NCBI GenBank assembly: GCA_951406725.2
Contig: OX597832.1
Span: 25,544,001-25,608,000, forward strand
DNA from: Octopus vulgaris
Lineage: Eukaryota
Length of the DNA stretch: 64,000 bases
Direction of reading: 5' to 3'
Position numbers and translations under genes: made by a program. This document shows, one piece after another, positions 13,721 through 25,926 of the stretch. How positions within the stretch are numbered: the stretch's first letter is position 1; each line of letters starts with the position of its first letter. The notes beneath the pieces were generated by a model. That model was not told the DNA's origin. It did not search any database and saw only the letters and a list, made by a program, of their open reading frames with translations.

Positions 13721-13858
13721 TTAAACTTAAATGTTGAAGTGAATCGAACGGCTTTTGTGTGTTTCTTAAATGGCTTACAAACACCTTCCACGCTGCAATT
13801 GTTTTCGTTCCAGCACACGATCTCAGATCAAATCACTTGCTATGCGAGTACACCTCCG

Positions 13859-13926
<68 letters not shown>

Positions 13927-14282
13927 TGAATAATAAACTTATAACGTGCATGTTAAAGCTGCTTTACGGTTATGGGCAACCATGTGCCATCATACACCGA
14001 GGTTATTCTTTCCACTAGGTATACGCGTGGAACTCCGTTAGTGCAAACGAAGCTTATATGATATTTTCATAAACGAAGGAGATGGACCTGAGGACGTGCC
14101 GGCATACAAACGCTGCTAGATCATGTTTATTTATATAGTTATTTCGAAAATTCTTAATGTAAAAGTATGATATGGAAAGCTCAGCAACTAACAGCTGTTA
14201 CCACTGCACAAAAACAAATGTTGATTTCCGTAATTAAACCCTGTTCATTACATCTTTATCATTTTATAATATATATATGTAT

Positions 14283-14502
14283 ACTCTTTTACTCTTTTAC
14301 TTGTTTCAGTCATTTGACTGCGGCCATGCTGGAGCTCCGCCTTTAGTCGAGCAAATCGACCCCGGGACTTATTCTTTCTAAGCCCAGTACTTATTCTATC
14401 GGTCTCTTTTGCCGAATCGCTAAGTAACGGGGACGTAAACACACCAGCATTGGTTGTCAAGCAATGCTAGGGAGACAAACACAGACACACAAACACACAC
14501 AC

Positions 14503-14558
<56 letters not shown>

Positions 14559-14893
14559 GACAGGCTTCTTTCAGTTTCCCGTCTACCAAATCCACTCACA
14601 AGGCATTGGTCGGCTCGAGGCTATAGTAGAAGACACTTGCCCAAGGTGCCACGCAGTGGGACTGAACCCGGAACCATGTGGTTGGCTTGCAAGCTACTTA
14701 CCACACACCCACTCCTGCGCCTATATATATATATACACACACGACGGGTTTCTTTCAATTTCTGTCTACCAAATCAAGGCTTTAGTCGACTCCAGGCTAT
14801 AGTACAAGACACTTGCCCTAGATGCCACGCAGCGGGACTGAACTCGACACCTTGTGGATGAGAAGCAAACTTCTTACCACACAGCCACGCCTA
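14283..14893 (-). mobile_element. SINE family A, full copy plus an extra 5' half
   Basis: Near-identical to 6520-6954; second head at 14741-14893. Confidence 0.85.
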
Positions 14894-15652
14894 TATATAT
14901 ATATGTGTATGTACGTGGATTTGTATATACATATATGTATATATGTATATGTATATGTGTAAATATGTGTGTGTATGCGCGTATGCGTATATGTATACAC
15001 ACACACATATATAAATATATACACATATACATAAGTGCATACGTAGATCATTAATTGCATTACCATAATTCCCATAATCTACACCCTTCTTCTTCCCCCT
15101 CCCTTTCAACCTCCCCCCATCTTTCTACACCCGCAAACTTTTCCCCTTTCTTTCTCTCCTTTTGCCCTTACTTCCCCCACCCCGCCGTTTTGTTACCTTT
15201 CGACATTGATCGTAGCTTTATGATCAATGTTTGTCATTGTATTTACGATTCCATTTATGACTCTGTTTACCTCTGTCTCTGTCTCTATTGGTCTCTTCTT
15301 CTTTTATTCTCTCTTTCTCTCTTTCCTTCTCTCCCCCTCTCTCTCTTTCTCTCTCTTTCTCTTTCTCTCTCTTTCTTTCTTTCTCTCTTTCTTTCTCTCT
15401 TTCTTTCTGACAAATAAACACATGCTGTTTAACACACTTAATGTAATGTTCGCATCACACAACAATAATGGACTTACGTTTCACTTGCCATACTCAATTA
15501 CCTCCCCCTCTCTACAGGCCGGCTGACTGACTGGTAGGATGGATGAATGGATGGATGGATGGATGGGTGGATGGATGGATGGATGGATAGGTGGAGGGAA
15601 AGAGGCATGGCTGGAGCGTGGTTGCGTGGTGTTTGTATTTTTCATGTATTTT

Positions 15653-15895
15653 CCTTTTATTCTTTTATTCTTTTACTTGTTTCAGTCAATTGACTGCGGC
15701 CATGCTGGAGCACCGCCTTTAAGAGGGTTTTTTCTTCTTTTTAATCGAAGAAATCAACCCCCCAGGATTTATACTTTGTAAGCCTAGTACTGATTCTATC
15801 GGTGTCTTTTGCCGAACCACTAAGCTACGAAGGCGTAAACACACTAACATCGGTTGTCAAGCGATGATGGTGGGAGGACAAACACAGACACAAGG
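15653..15895 (-). mobile_element. SINE family A, 3' half
   Basis: Match to the family A tail. Confidence 0.75.
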
Positions 15896-16017
15896 ACATA
15901 CACAAATACACACACACACAGACATATGTGTGTGTGTGTGTGTATATATACACTTGTTAGACGACTGAACTCAACACGTTTTGTTTTCATTCTCTCTATA
16001 TATATCTCCTTTTATTC

Positions 16018-16053
16018 CTTTCTGTCGAAGAGCGTAGGCTCGAAACGTCAAAG
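16018..16053 (+). ncRNA. Minimal hammerhead-like motif (A6U core variant)
   Basis: CTTT/AAAG helix I; CTGTCGA plus A; GAGC-GTAG-GCTC helix II; GAAA; ACGT palindrome; GUC triplet. Confidence 0.5.
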
Positions 16054-16181
16054 ACTTTTCCATTTTTCCCAAGCGTCAAACTAAATACACTTGCTTGTTG
16101 TTCTTACACATGTCTCCGTCTTTGTTTTTCTATAACTATGAGCTATATATATATATATATGTACCTCGCTCAGAGATTTAT

Positions 16182-16228
<47 letters not shown>

Positions 16229-16232
16229 CAAA

Positions 16233-16553
16233 AGACTCCGCCGGTTACGACGACGAGGGTCCCAGCTGATACGATCAACGGAACAGCTTGCTCGTGAAAT
16301 TAACGTGCAAATGGCTGAGCATTCCACAGACACGTGTACCCTTAACGTAGTTCTCGGGGATAATCAGCGTGACACAGAGAGTGACAAGGCTGACCCTTTG
16401 AAATACAAGTACAACTCATTTTTGCCAGCTGAGTGGACTGGAGCAACGTGAAATAAAGTGTCTTGCTCAAGGACACAACGCGTCGCCGGGAATCGAACTC
16501 ACAACCTTACGATCATGAGCCGAATGCCCTAACCACTAAGCCACGCGCCCTCA
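16233..16553 (-). mobile_element. tRNA-derived SINE family C (own head, family B tail)
   Basis: Head GGGCGCGTGGCTTAGTGGTTAGGG..GAGTTCGATTCCC, then TGTGTCCTTGAGCAAGACACTT; 3' part shared with family B. Confidence 0.85.
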
Positions 16554-16554
16554 C

Positions 16555-16627
<73 letters not shown>

Positions 16628-16693
16628 ATATATATATATTAAACACTCACACGCACGCGCGCACACACGCACACACACGCACATATATATATA

Positions 16694-16830
16694 TACGACG
16701 GGCTTCTTTCAGTTTCCGTACACCAAATCCCTTCACAAGGCTTTAGTCGGCCTGAGGCTACAGCAGAAGACAGTTTCCCAAGGTGTCGCGCAGTGGGACT
16801 GAACCTGGAACTATGTATTTGGGAAGCAAG
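16694..16830 (-). mobile_element. SINE family A, 5' portion
   Basis: Match to the family A head/CORE segment. Confidence 0.7.
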
Positions 16831-16977
16831 GCATGCATAACGTAAATGGCTGTAGTTGCTGTTTCCCACCAGGCATTTCCATCCGTGGCCGTCCCACCCA
16901 TTCATAGAGGGCGGGAGACAGAAATGATCTGAGGGACACTTGGTTGCTCTTTCTAACGGGTCAACCAACCACATACA

Positions 16978-16991
16978 CCGCCCTCTGGTGG
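16978..16991 (-). promoter_or_regulatory. CTCF-like binding motif
   Basis: Minus strand CCACCAGAGGGCGG against the CTCF core CCACCAG(G/A)GGGCG(C/A); lies in non-repetitive sequence 3.6 kb upstream of the CCDC83-like ATG. Confidence 0.35.
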
Positions 16992-17189
16992 TAAAAATAA
17001 TAGAACGGGTGGCACTGAACGGGCATTGAACGGCATAGCACGGGTGGAATTGCAGATGGGAGCCATAGGGAGATGAGTATGGGCTGTGAGTATGAGTGGG
17101 GGTAAGTAGTTGAGTGTGAGAATGAGGGTGACTGTGAGTGGAGGACAGCGATCGCAATCACCAACACCGTCATCAGCATCGGCACCATC

Positions 17190-18056
<867 letters not shown>

Positions 18057-19302
18057 GCTTATCTTTGCTGAATGGTTTCGTATCATTGTGACGGTGAAAG
18101 TGTGAGAGAGGAGCAGCCGTCGCGTACGATATACGGGTGTCTATGGGACTCTTGCTGTTTCTGAATGGCATAACTGGGTGGATGATGAGAGGACGATGAG
18201 TAGATGTGGGTAGATGGGAATAAAAGAGGTGACAACGCGTTAGGTAACACTGGTGGGTAAGAGGTGGTGGTTTAGCTTTCGCAATAGCGGTCGCGGTAAG
18301 GGTGGTGGTCGTATGCACGTGCGTGTGCATGCATTGTCTGTTTGGAAGCCAACCACAAAAGAATGGGTCACTGAAAAAGTGGCAACACTTGCTGTGCTCC
18401 AGCAGGGCCACAGCCTTCGGGCTGAAACGCATCAGAGAAAGAAAGAATAAAAGAATGCGCGTGTGTGTGTGTGTTTACAAAATCTAGATAATACCAAACT
18501 GGTAAAGATAGTAGAGATATCTCTATCGCTACCAGTTTTGTATTATTATTATTGTTATAATTTTTTATTGTTACACTGTTTTTACACGTTTTTTTACACG
18601 TTTTTTCACGAACGGACAAAACCCTTTGTAACTTGTCGTCCTGTTTTGTCCCTTTTTTGTTATAATTAATTTTTGTCAGCCCTTGTGGCCAATAAAAGAA
18701 TTAATTATTATTATTTTCCATTATCACTAAATAAATTTTTCACCTTGGTTAATTTTTTTATGCATTTATTTATTTATTTTTAAGCATTTATTTATCTAGT
18801 TAATGCGGTAGCTAATTAGTTTGAATTACAGGTACAACTCATTTTTTTCTGCTGAGTTGACTGGATTGACGTGAAATAAAGTGTTTTGCTCAAGAACACC
18901 ACACGTTGCTGAGAGTCGAACTCATAACCTTAAGACTGTGAGCCGAAGACGCTAACCACTAAGCCAATGTGCCTTCACTTACCTTTTAATTAATTAATTG
19001 ATTCATTGATTTTTTTACATTTGTTTATTCATATAAATTCCATACTGAGAATGACCAACATTAAGAGAATCTTACATTGCTTATAAACTTTACATCTGGA
19101 TGGACTCATATTAAACTCTGTTTGACTTTTGGATGTTACTCAAAGGATATTGGAATATTACACATATATACCATTATGCCTATAAAACGGCTTTTACAAA
19201 TTCAACATCCATACATATCTTACATCTATTTTCTTTCCTCCACCTCACCCTCTATTTATCTCACATCGAAAATAACTATAACTTAATTTTTCCTCTCACA
19301 CC

Positions 19303-19354
19303 GTTTCCGATGAAGGGATATAATTAATAAATATCCTAGAAACAGCTGTAAGAC
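19303..19354 (+). ncRNA. Minimal type I hammerhead-like motif (U4C core, palindromic helix III)
   Basis: GTTT/AGAC helix I; CCGATGA; helix II GGGATAT/ATATCCT; GAAA; perfect palindrome ACAGCTGT; GUA triplet. Confidence 0.6.
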
Positions 19355-19613
19355 CTTCTATCTATAAATGCTCTAATATCTATACAGCCTTGGGTTTTTT
19401 TTTATCGCATTACGCAAAAAATTCATATATATTTATTTGTATATATTTGTTTTTCTATTTCATTTCCTACAGAAACTTTGATCTGGAAAGACCAATTCGG
19501 GATCCATATCCAAACTTTGGGACCCGACCGATTGTTCCAGCTGGAAGGAGAGTGAGGCACGGTTCCACAACGTTTCATATTGCTCGATATAAAAGCCGTG
19601 CGAGGACGCACAT

Positions 19614-19651
<38 letters not shown>

Positions 19652-19892
19652 GCGCTTATACAAAAACTTGACGTGAAACACAGGCCTCATTCGCACAAGA
19701 CATACAGACTAACATCTGGGCGCACGCATACATTGTCATACATACACATACAGACGCATACATTCATATTCATACATCTATACATACACACACACATATA
19801 AATACTTAGAAAATAGACAAACATATATTAATAACCCAGAAATACATAAATACATACACACATAAATTTATGCATTCATGCATACATACATA

Positions 19893-20170
19893 AAGTAATC
19901 CCTCGCCATATCACAGTTCACCTATCGAGGTTCACATATCGCGGTTCACATATCGCGGTTCACCTATCGCGGTTAACCTATCGCGGTTTACCTATCACGG
20001 TTTATTTTTAAAGCTTATGTTGAGTTCTTCGTGGAGTGGTTTTGCATTTATAATGAAGTAAATATATACAAAAAATATACAATACAGTACTGTTTCCACC
20101 TCGTGGATGTTCACCTAACACGGCGTTTTAGGTTAGGGACGTAACAACCGCGATAGTCGAGGGCATATTG
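19893..20170. mobile_element. pogo/Tigger-like MITE with internal 14-bp tandem repeat
   Basis: Ends AGTAATCCCTCG..ATATC(A/G)C(A/G)GTT and AACCGCGATAGTCGAGGG..TTG; about 6 copies of TTCACCTATCGCGG at 19907-20002. Confidence 0.6.
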
Positions 20171-20182
20171 AATTTATATATA

Positions 20183-20247
<65 letters not shown>

Positions 20248-20355
20248 GCGCGCACACATTATCAATTCAAATAAACAATCAATTTTTTAAAAAAAACACG
20301 AATAAGAAAATTAACGGACAACAAGAAGTCGTGCACAAGGAATGTGTTAGAGGGT

Positions 20356-20386
20356 GACGTTTCGAGCATAGCTCTTCGTCGGAAAA
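20356..20386 (-). ncRNA. Decayed hammerhead-like motif
   Basis: Minus strand reads CCGACGA A GAGC TAT GCTC GAAA CG TC; helix I no longer pairs. Confidence 0.35.
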
Positions 20387-20453
20387 GAGGAAGGGAAAAG
20401 TTCAAAGAAGGAAGAGAAATCAGCAACAGCAGGCATATGGTCACATTGCTGAA

Positions 20454-20554
<101 letters not shown>

Positions 20555-20615
20555 AGATATTAATACCCTTCCCCCATACATACACATAAACACATAAATT
20601 TATAAATTAATCACG

Positions 20616-20713
20616 ATGGACAAAAAGAAGAAGAAGAAGACAAAAGGAAGTAAGAAGAAAAAGAAGACCAAAGGTGCTTTGATGTCAGATAGGGAAGCCA
20701 TCTTGGTTTACAA
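20616..20713 (+). CDS. CCDC83: CCDC83-like coiled-coil protein, coding exon 1 (MDKKKKKKTKGSKKKKKTKGALMSDREAILVY)
   Basis: ATG at 20616; donor AA|GTAAGA at 20714, phase 2. EAILVYK resembles EALLDYQ of vertebrate CCDC83 (recalled from memory, not searched). Confidence 0.8.
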
Positions 20714-21010
20714 GTAAGATGGAGAATTTCACTTCTTTTATTACAACGATTAGTGCTGCCCCAGAATTGTGCTAAGTTCTTAGAATTGTCTCTTAGAATT
20801 GTGCTAAGTTCTAACCTGTTTACATATATATATTTGTGTATATATATATGTGTGTGTGTGTGTATTTGTGTATGTGTGTGTGTGTGTGTGTATGTCGGTG
20901 GGTGTACATGTGTACGAGTGTATATATGTATGTACATATCTATCTACCAATATCTTTCTCTGCTACTCTTTCTTTCTTTCTTTCTTGCTCTCTCTTTCCC
21001 TCCTTCTCTC

Positions 21011-21073
<63 letters not shown>

Positions 21074-21239
21074 GTCAGATTTGGTGCAGAGAAGAACTGC
21101 CGAAAGGTAATATTATTTATTTATTTAATTATTTTTTTATTTTTTGTAAATTCTCACTATATAGATAGATGGATAGATAGATAGAGACAGATAAAGAGAT
21201 TACTTTCTTTATTGGCTATTCCTTAGGCTGCTTCATATT

Positions 21240-21900
21240 GATGTACAGTCACCATTTTTCGTCACCAGTAACTATTCGGTAAAGAAATGTCCATGAGTTG
21301 AGCGGTGACGAGCAAGCAAACCAGCGGATATTGTGGCTCGTTGATTTTTGTTGTTGTCACTTAAAGCATGCGGAACCCATGCTCCATACTTCTGAACCTT
21401 TCTCATCGAGTGAAGATGCTTCTCTATAGCAGTGTGGGAGCATTCCATTTTCTCTGCCAGTTCCCTTGTCGTTTAACGAGAAATTTCGTGCAAAAGTTGG
21501 TTTAATCGCTCTTCATCGAACTCAACTCGACGGCCAGAACGAGGTGCATTTTGAGGTCAAAATTTCCATTTTTGAACTCGGCATACTATTCACGAGCGGT
21601 TCTTTCAGCCATGGTACCCTCTCGATACACAGTACAAATGTCGCGAGTAGCTTTTGAGGCCTTAGAACCTTGATTAAAAACTAAAAGAAGGTGTCGAAAA
21701 TGCTCGTTTTTCTTAAGTTGACATTCCATTTTAATGATCTGAAAATAATCAAAAATTAACTAAAAATAACTAAAAAAAAAAAAAAAAGAGATTCCAAAAT
21801 AATTCAAAAATAGAATTCTCGAAAAAAATAGATTCCAAAATTTAAAAACGCAATATATTCCAAAATTTAAAAAAACCGCTGGCACTTATTTGCCAACCCA

Positions 21901-21902
<2 letters not shown>
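21240..21902 (-). mobile_element. Mariner transposase relic, N-terminal half with 5' TIR
   Basis: ATG at 21729 gives MECQLKKNEHFRH...PRSGRRVEFD...TTRELAEKM...YGAWVPHAL (WVPHEL motif) with stops; TIR TATTGGGTTGGCAAATAAG near 21902. Confidence 0.85.
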
Positions 21903-21957
<55 letters not shown>

Positions 21958-21976
21958 CGCGTGCACATGCATATAT

Positions 21977-22320
21977 ACGAGGGTGAGTCAAAAAGTAATG
22001 CCATTTTGCTTAGGGCAGGTATAATTACCAACACAGGAACATGTATCATACATCAAAATGAAGCTGGTCCTCTGTGGATCACATCTCTACTTCTCAACAT
22101 AGTCACCGTTTCTCTCAATAGCAATGTTCCACTTTCGAATGAGAGCATGTATCCCTGCCCCGTAAAATTCTGTTGACTGTTCTTTGAGCCACTTCTTCAC
22201 TACAGTTTTCACTTCCTGGTCACTAGAATAATTTAGCGCTTCCGGTCTATCATCTCTTCGGCCCCATGAAAGAAAGTTTGAGAGGCAAACATCATTTCGG
22301 ATCCTGCAATCGGATTCGGA
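21977..22320 (-). mobile_element. Second mariner relic, C-terminus with 3' TIR
   Basis: YSSDQEVKTVVKKWLKEQSTEFYGAGIHALIRKWNIAIERNGDYVEK*; TA-CGAGGGTGAGTCAAAAAGT terminus. Confidence 0.85.
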
Positions 22321-22400
22321 GTGCAACGGAACCCTCAGTACTCATGTGTTTACTCTAAATTAAATTATTTTCATGTTTTTCTTTATATATATATTTCTAG

Positions 22401-22485
22401 ATTAAGTGTTGCCGAAGAGAAACTCCACGAAGCAAAACAAGAGGCACAAGCATGGAAGGAGAAGAATGAACGCCATATCAAAAGG
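22401..22485 (+). CDS. CCDC83: CCDC83-like exon 2 (KLSVAEEKLHEAKQEAQAWKEKNERHIKR)
   Basis: TTTCTAG acceptor, AGG|GTATCT donor; phase 2 in and phase 0 out, matching the neighbouring exons; coiled-coil composition. Confidence 0.85.
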
Positions 22486-22559
22486 GTATCTTTCGCATTT
22501 CTTCATCTATTATTGATGGGTTACTAGAATCGTTAGGATGTCCTAAAGAAATTAATAAA

Positions 22560-22784
22560 TAAATGGCTTTTGATATTTTCTCCGGCCCCTAGTTGTTCCA
22601 TGTACTTCTCAAGATTTTTACTCCTTGTTCCCAGGACTACTACCACTTTTTTCATGGACCACAACTGCTTAACCTCCCAAGCTAACCTGTTATATCTATC
22701 GACATTCTGTCTTCCTTATCGCATACCTTGTTGTCAGCTGGGCATGCTATATATATCATCCAGAATCGTTTGCTTTCTTTCTCA
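22560..22784 (-). mobile_element. R4/Dong-clade LINE fragment (restriction-like endonuclease), subfamily 2
   Basis: IACPADNKVCDKE...DRYNRLAWEVKQLWSMKKVVVV...KNLEKYMEQLG on the minus strand; near-identical to 59820-59935; abuts (TAA)n. Confidence 0.7.
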
Positions 22785-22859
<75 letters not shown>

Positions 22860-23425
22860 TTAATCTGCATGATTGTTACAATCACTTGCCGAGACACACC
22901 CAGCGTCCTAGGGCGAGTGACGGATAAGAGATGTTACAGTATGACTGAAAGCTCAGGGAGGAGATGTGGTAGAGGTAGTAGTGAAATATCTTCGTGTAAT
23001 ACAACACAGACATTTAAATTGATAGGGTTTTTCTAAGGATGTGGGCAGTACTTGTCAGCACAATCGTTTGGATTTCTCTGAGACATGGTTCTCCTGGGAT
23101 ATTATCTAGATGTTTTTGACATCCCTTTCTTATCATACCAAGGGTATCCACAATAGCAGAAACAGTTCTCGCTTTAAGATGCCACATCTTTAGTATTTCA
23201 ATTTCCATGTTCTTATATTTAGTTAATTTGTTAATTTCCTTTACTGATATATTTTTATCAATGGAAACACTTACATCTATTTGTCTACAAGTATTTTATT
23301 CCCTGTCTAAAATAATTATGTCTGGTCGATTAGCCTGGATCGATTTGTCAGTGTTGACTGGAAAATCCCAGAGGATAGTGACATGTTTACTTTCAACGAC
23401 TGGCTCAGGATGATGTTCATACCAG
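22860..23425 (-). mobile_element. R4/Dong-clade LINE 3' end, subfamily 1
   Basis: TILWDFPVNTDKSIQANRPDII...IDVSV...KLTKYKNMEIEILKMWHLK...TAHILRKTLSI* (PD-D/ExK RLE), then a 3' UTR and (TAA)n. Confidence 0.85.
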
Positions 23426-23506
23426 CAAGCAGGAGTGTTTACATATTTTCCAATGTAAATACTATCCTACCCTTTCGGGGGAAAATAATAATAATAATAA
23501 TAATGA

Positions 23507-23554
<48 letters not shown>

Positions 23555-23886
23555 AAAAATATATTATTATTATAATTTTAATATTATTATTGTCATTGAG
23601 AGGTGGGTAGAGTAGAAGAAGTGTTGAGGTTACTTTCTCGAGTCATACCGACTCATAAGGGCCGAATTCCCGGTTTCTCTGACGAATAAATTCCCCATCT
23701 GGATGGGACGTCGGTCTGTCCAACACCCTAACCCCTAAGCCACGCGCCTGAACGAGGTGGTGGGTGCATGGAGTGCATGAGTATATTACAGAAAAGAAGA
23801 AACGGACAAGACATATGTTTTATTTATTTTTTTAAACGTCCCCAGTTGAACAGAATGAAAGCTGAATATCCATTCTTTCATTCCAG

Positions 23887-24055
23887 AATCACAAGCTTCA
23901 TTCTGAGCAAAAGGTTCTCGTGGACCGTCTTTTGAACCAATTCCGAGAAACTGAAACCAAATGGAACAGTGAAGAAGTTGTCGGTAAAGATGTGGTCGTA
24001 GAAGCGCTCCAAGACAAATGGAATCGAGTCGAAGACCACAAGAAAGTTATTGCCG
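23887..24055 (+). CDS. CCDC83: CCDC83-like exon 3 (NHKLHSEQKVLVDRLLNQFRETETKWNSEEVVGKDVVVEALQDKWNRVEDHKKVIA)
   Basis: TTCATTCCAG acceptor, G|GTAAAA donor; 169 nt, phase 0 to 1; resembles the CCDC83 segment NSRLKEEQ...VVTREDVEEAMKEKW. Confidence 0.88.
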
Positions 24056-24162
24056 GTAAAACAGCTTTATTTGACTTGTTGTTGTTGATGCTGCTGCTGC
24101 AGCGACTGCTGTTGTTGATGTTGTTATTGATGCTATTGTTGATGTTGTTGTTGATGTTGTTG

Positions 24163-24845
<683 letters not shown>

Positions 24846-25226
24846 TATTAATTTATTATTCCCCACCTTAATGATTTTGTCAACCCTTAGCAACTTATGA
24901 AGAATACTTTATTATCATTATCGTTATTTCCAAACTCCGCTGGGCTCAACTCTGTCATTCAACTGTTCCTGAATCGATAAAATAGAATGGTTTTGACGGG
25001 GGTAGGATCGATTAAAAAAAACAAATAGATGATAACAATAAACGATCATCAGGGGAGAGAACTCTTTCTTAGTTAAGCATGGTTGTAGTCACTTGAGCCG
25101 AGGACAAAAAGTTCATAGAATAATACATTTGTATAAGGAAATGTCGGATTAAAGATTGACTGAGTGCAGTAAATGACTGATACTTAAAAAATATCAGAAT
25201 AGTCGATTTAATACTCGGCCTTGATA

Positions 25227-25437
25227 AGGCTGCGAGCTGGCAGAAACGTTAGCACGCTAGATGAAATGCTTACCGGTATTTCGTGTCTTTTAGTTCTGAG
25301 TTCAAATTCCGCCGAGGTCGACTTTGCCTTTCATCCTTTCGGGGTCGATAAATTAAGTACCAGTTGCGTACACGGGTCGATCTAATCGACTGGCCCCCCA
25401 CCCCCAAAATTTCGGGCCTTGTGCCTAGAATAGAAAA
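25227..25437 (+). mobile_element. SINE family D
   Basis: Full consensus match; further copies at 25940-26140 (-), 29480-29630 (+) and 43370-43495 (-). Confidence 0.85.
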
Positions 25438-25540
25438 AAATACCTAGCCATGATGGGAGAGAACTCTATCTCCGTGAAGTCATCGTTGTTTTAACCGCTT
25501 AAAACAAGGACAAAAGTATATGAGATAATATATTGGTATA

Positions 25541-25926
25541 CAGTGATACCTCGCAGTACGAGTTTAATTCGTTCCATGACCGAGCTCGTCTTACGATTTA
25601 CTCGTTTTACGAATCAGTTTTCCCTACTGAAATTAACTAAAATATAAATAACCCGTTCCAATGACCCCAAAACCACTCAATTTTTTTTTTTTTTAGTTTG
25701 AAAACAGAAAAGGTGTTGTTATAAGTAGAATGACAATTATAAAAAAGAGAATGCAAAAGAAATATGTAAACTGGTTTTATTAACTGAATTATATTAAAGA
25801 TGGGACGATTTGTGTACCCGTATTGGGGATTTCAGCCTGTACTTCAAGACAAAAATTCGTCCGAGTCTCGCCTCGTAACTGTAAATTACTCGTACAAAGA
25901 TGCACCCGTACTGCGAGATACTACTG
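25541..25926. mobile_element. pogo/Tigger-like MITE
   Basis: TIRs CAGTGATACCTCGCAGTACG / CGTACTGCGAGATACTACTG with TA target duplication. Confidence 0.8.

Noticed and set aside
19907-20002. Regular short repeats suggesting a CRISPR array
   Set aside because: Contiguous 14-bp tandem units without spacers inside a MITE; eukaryotic context.
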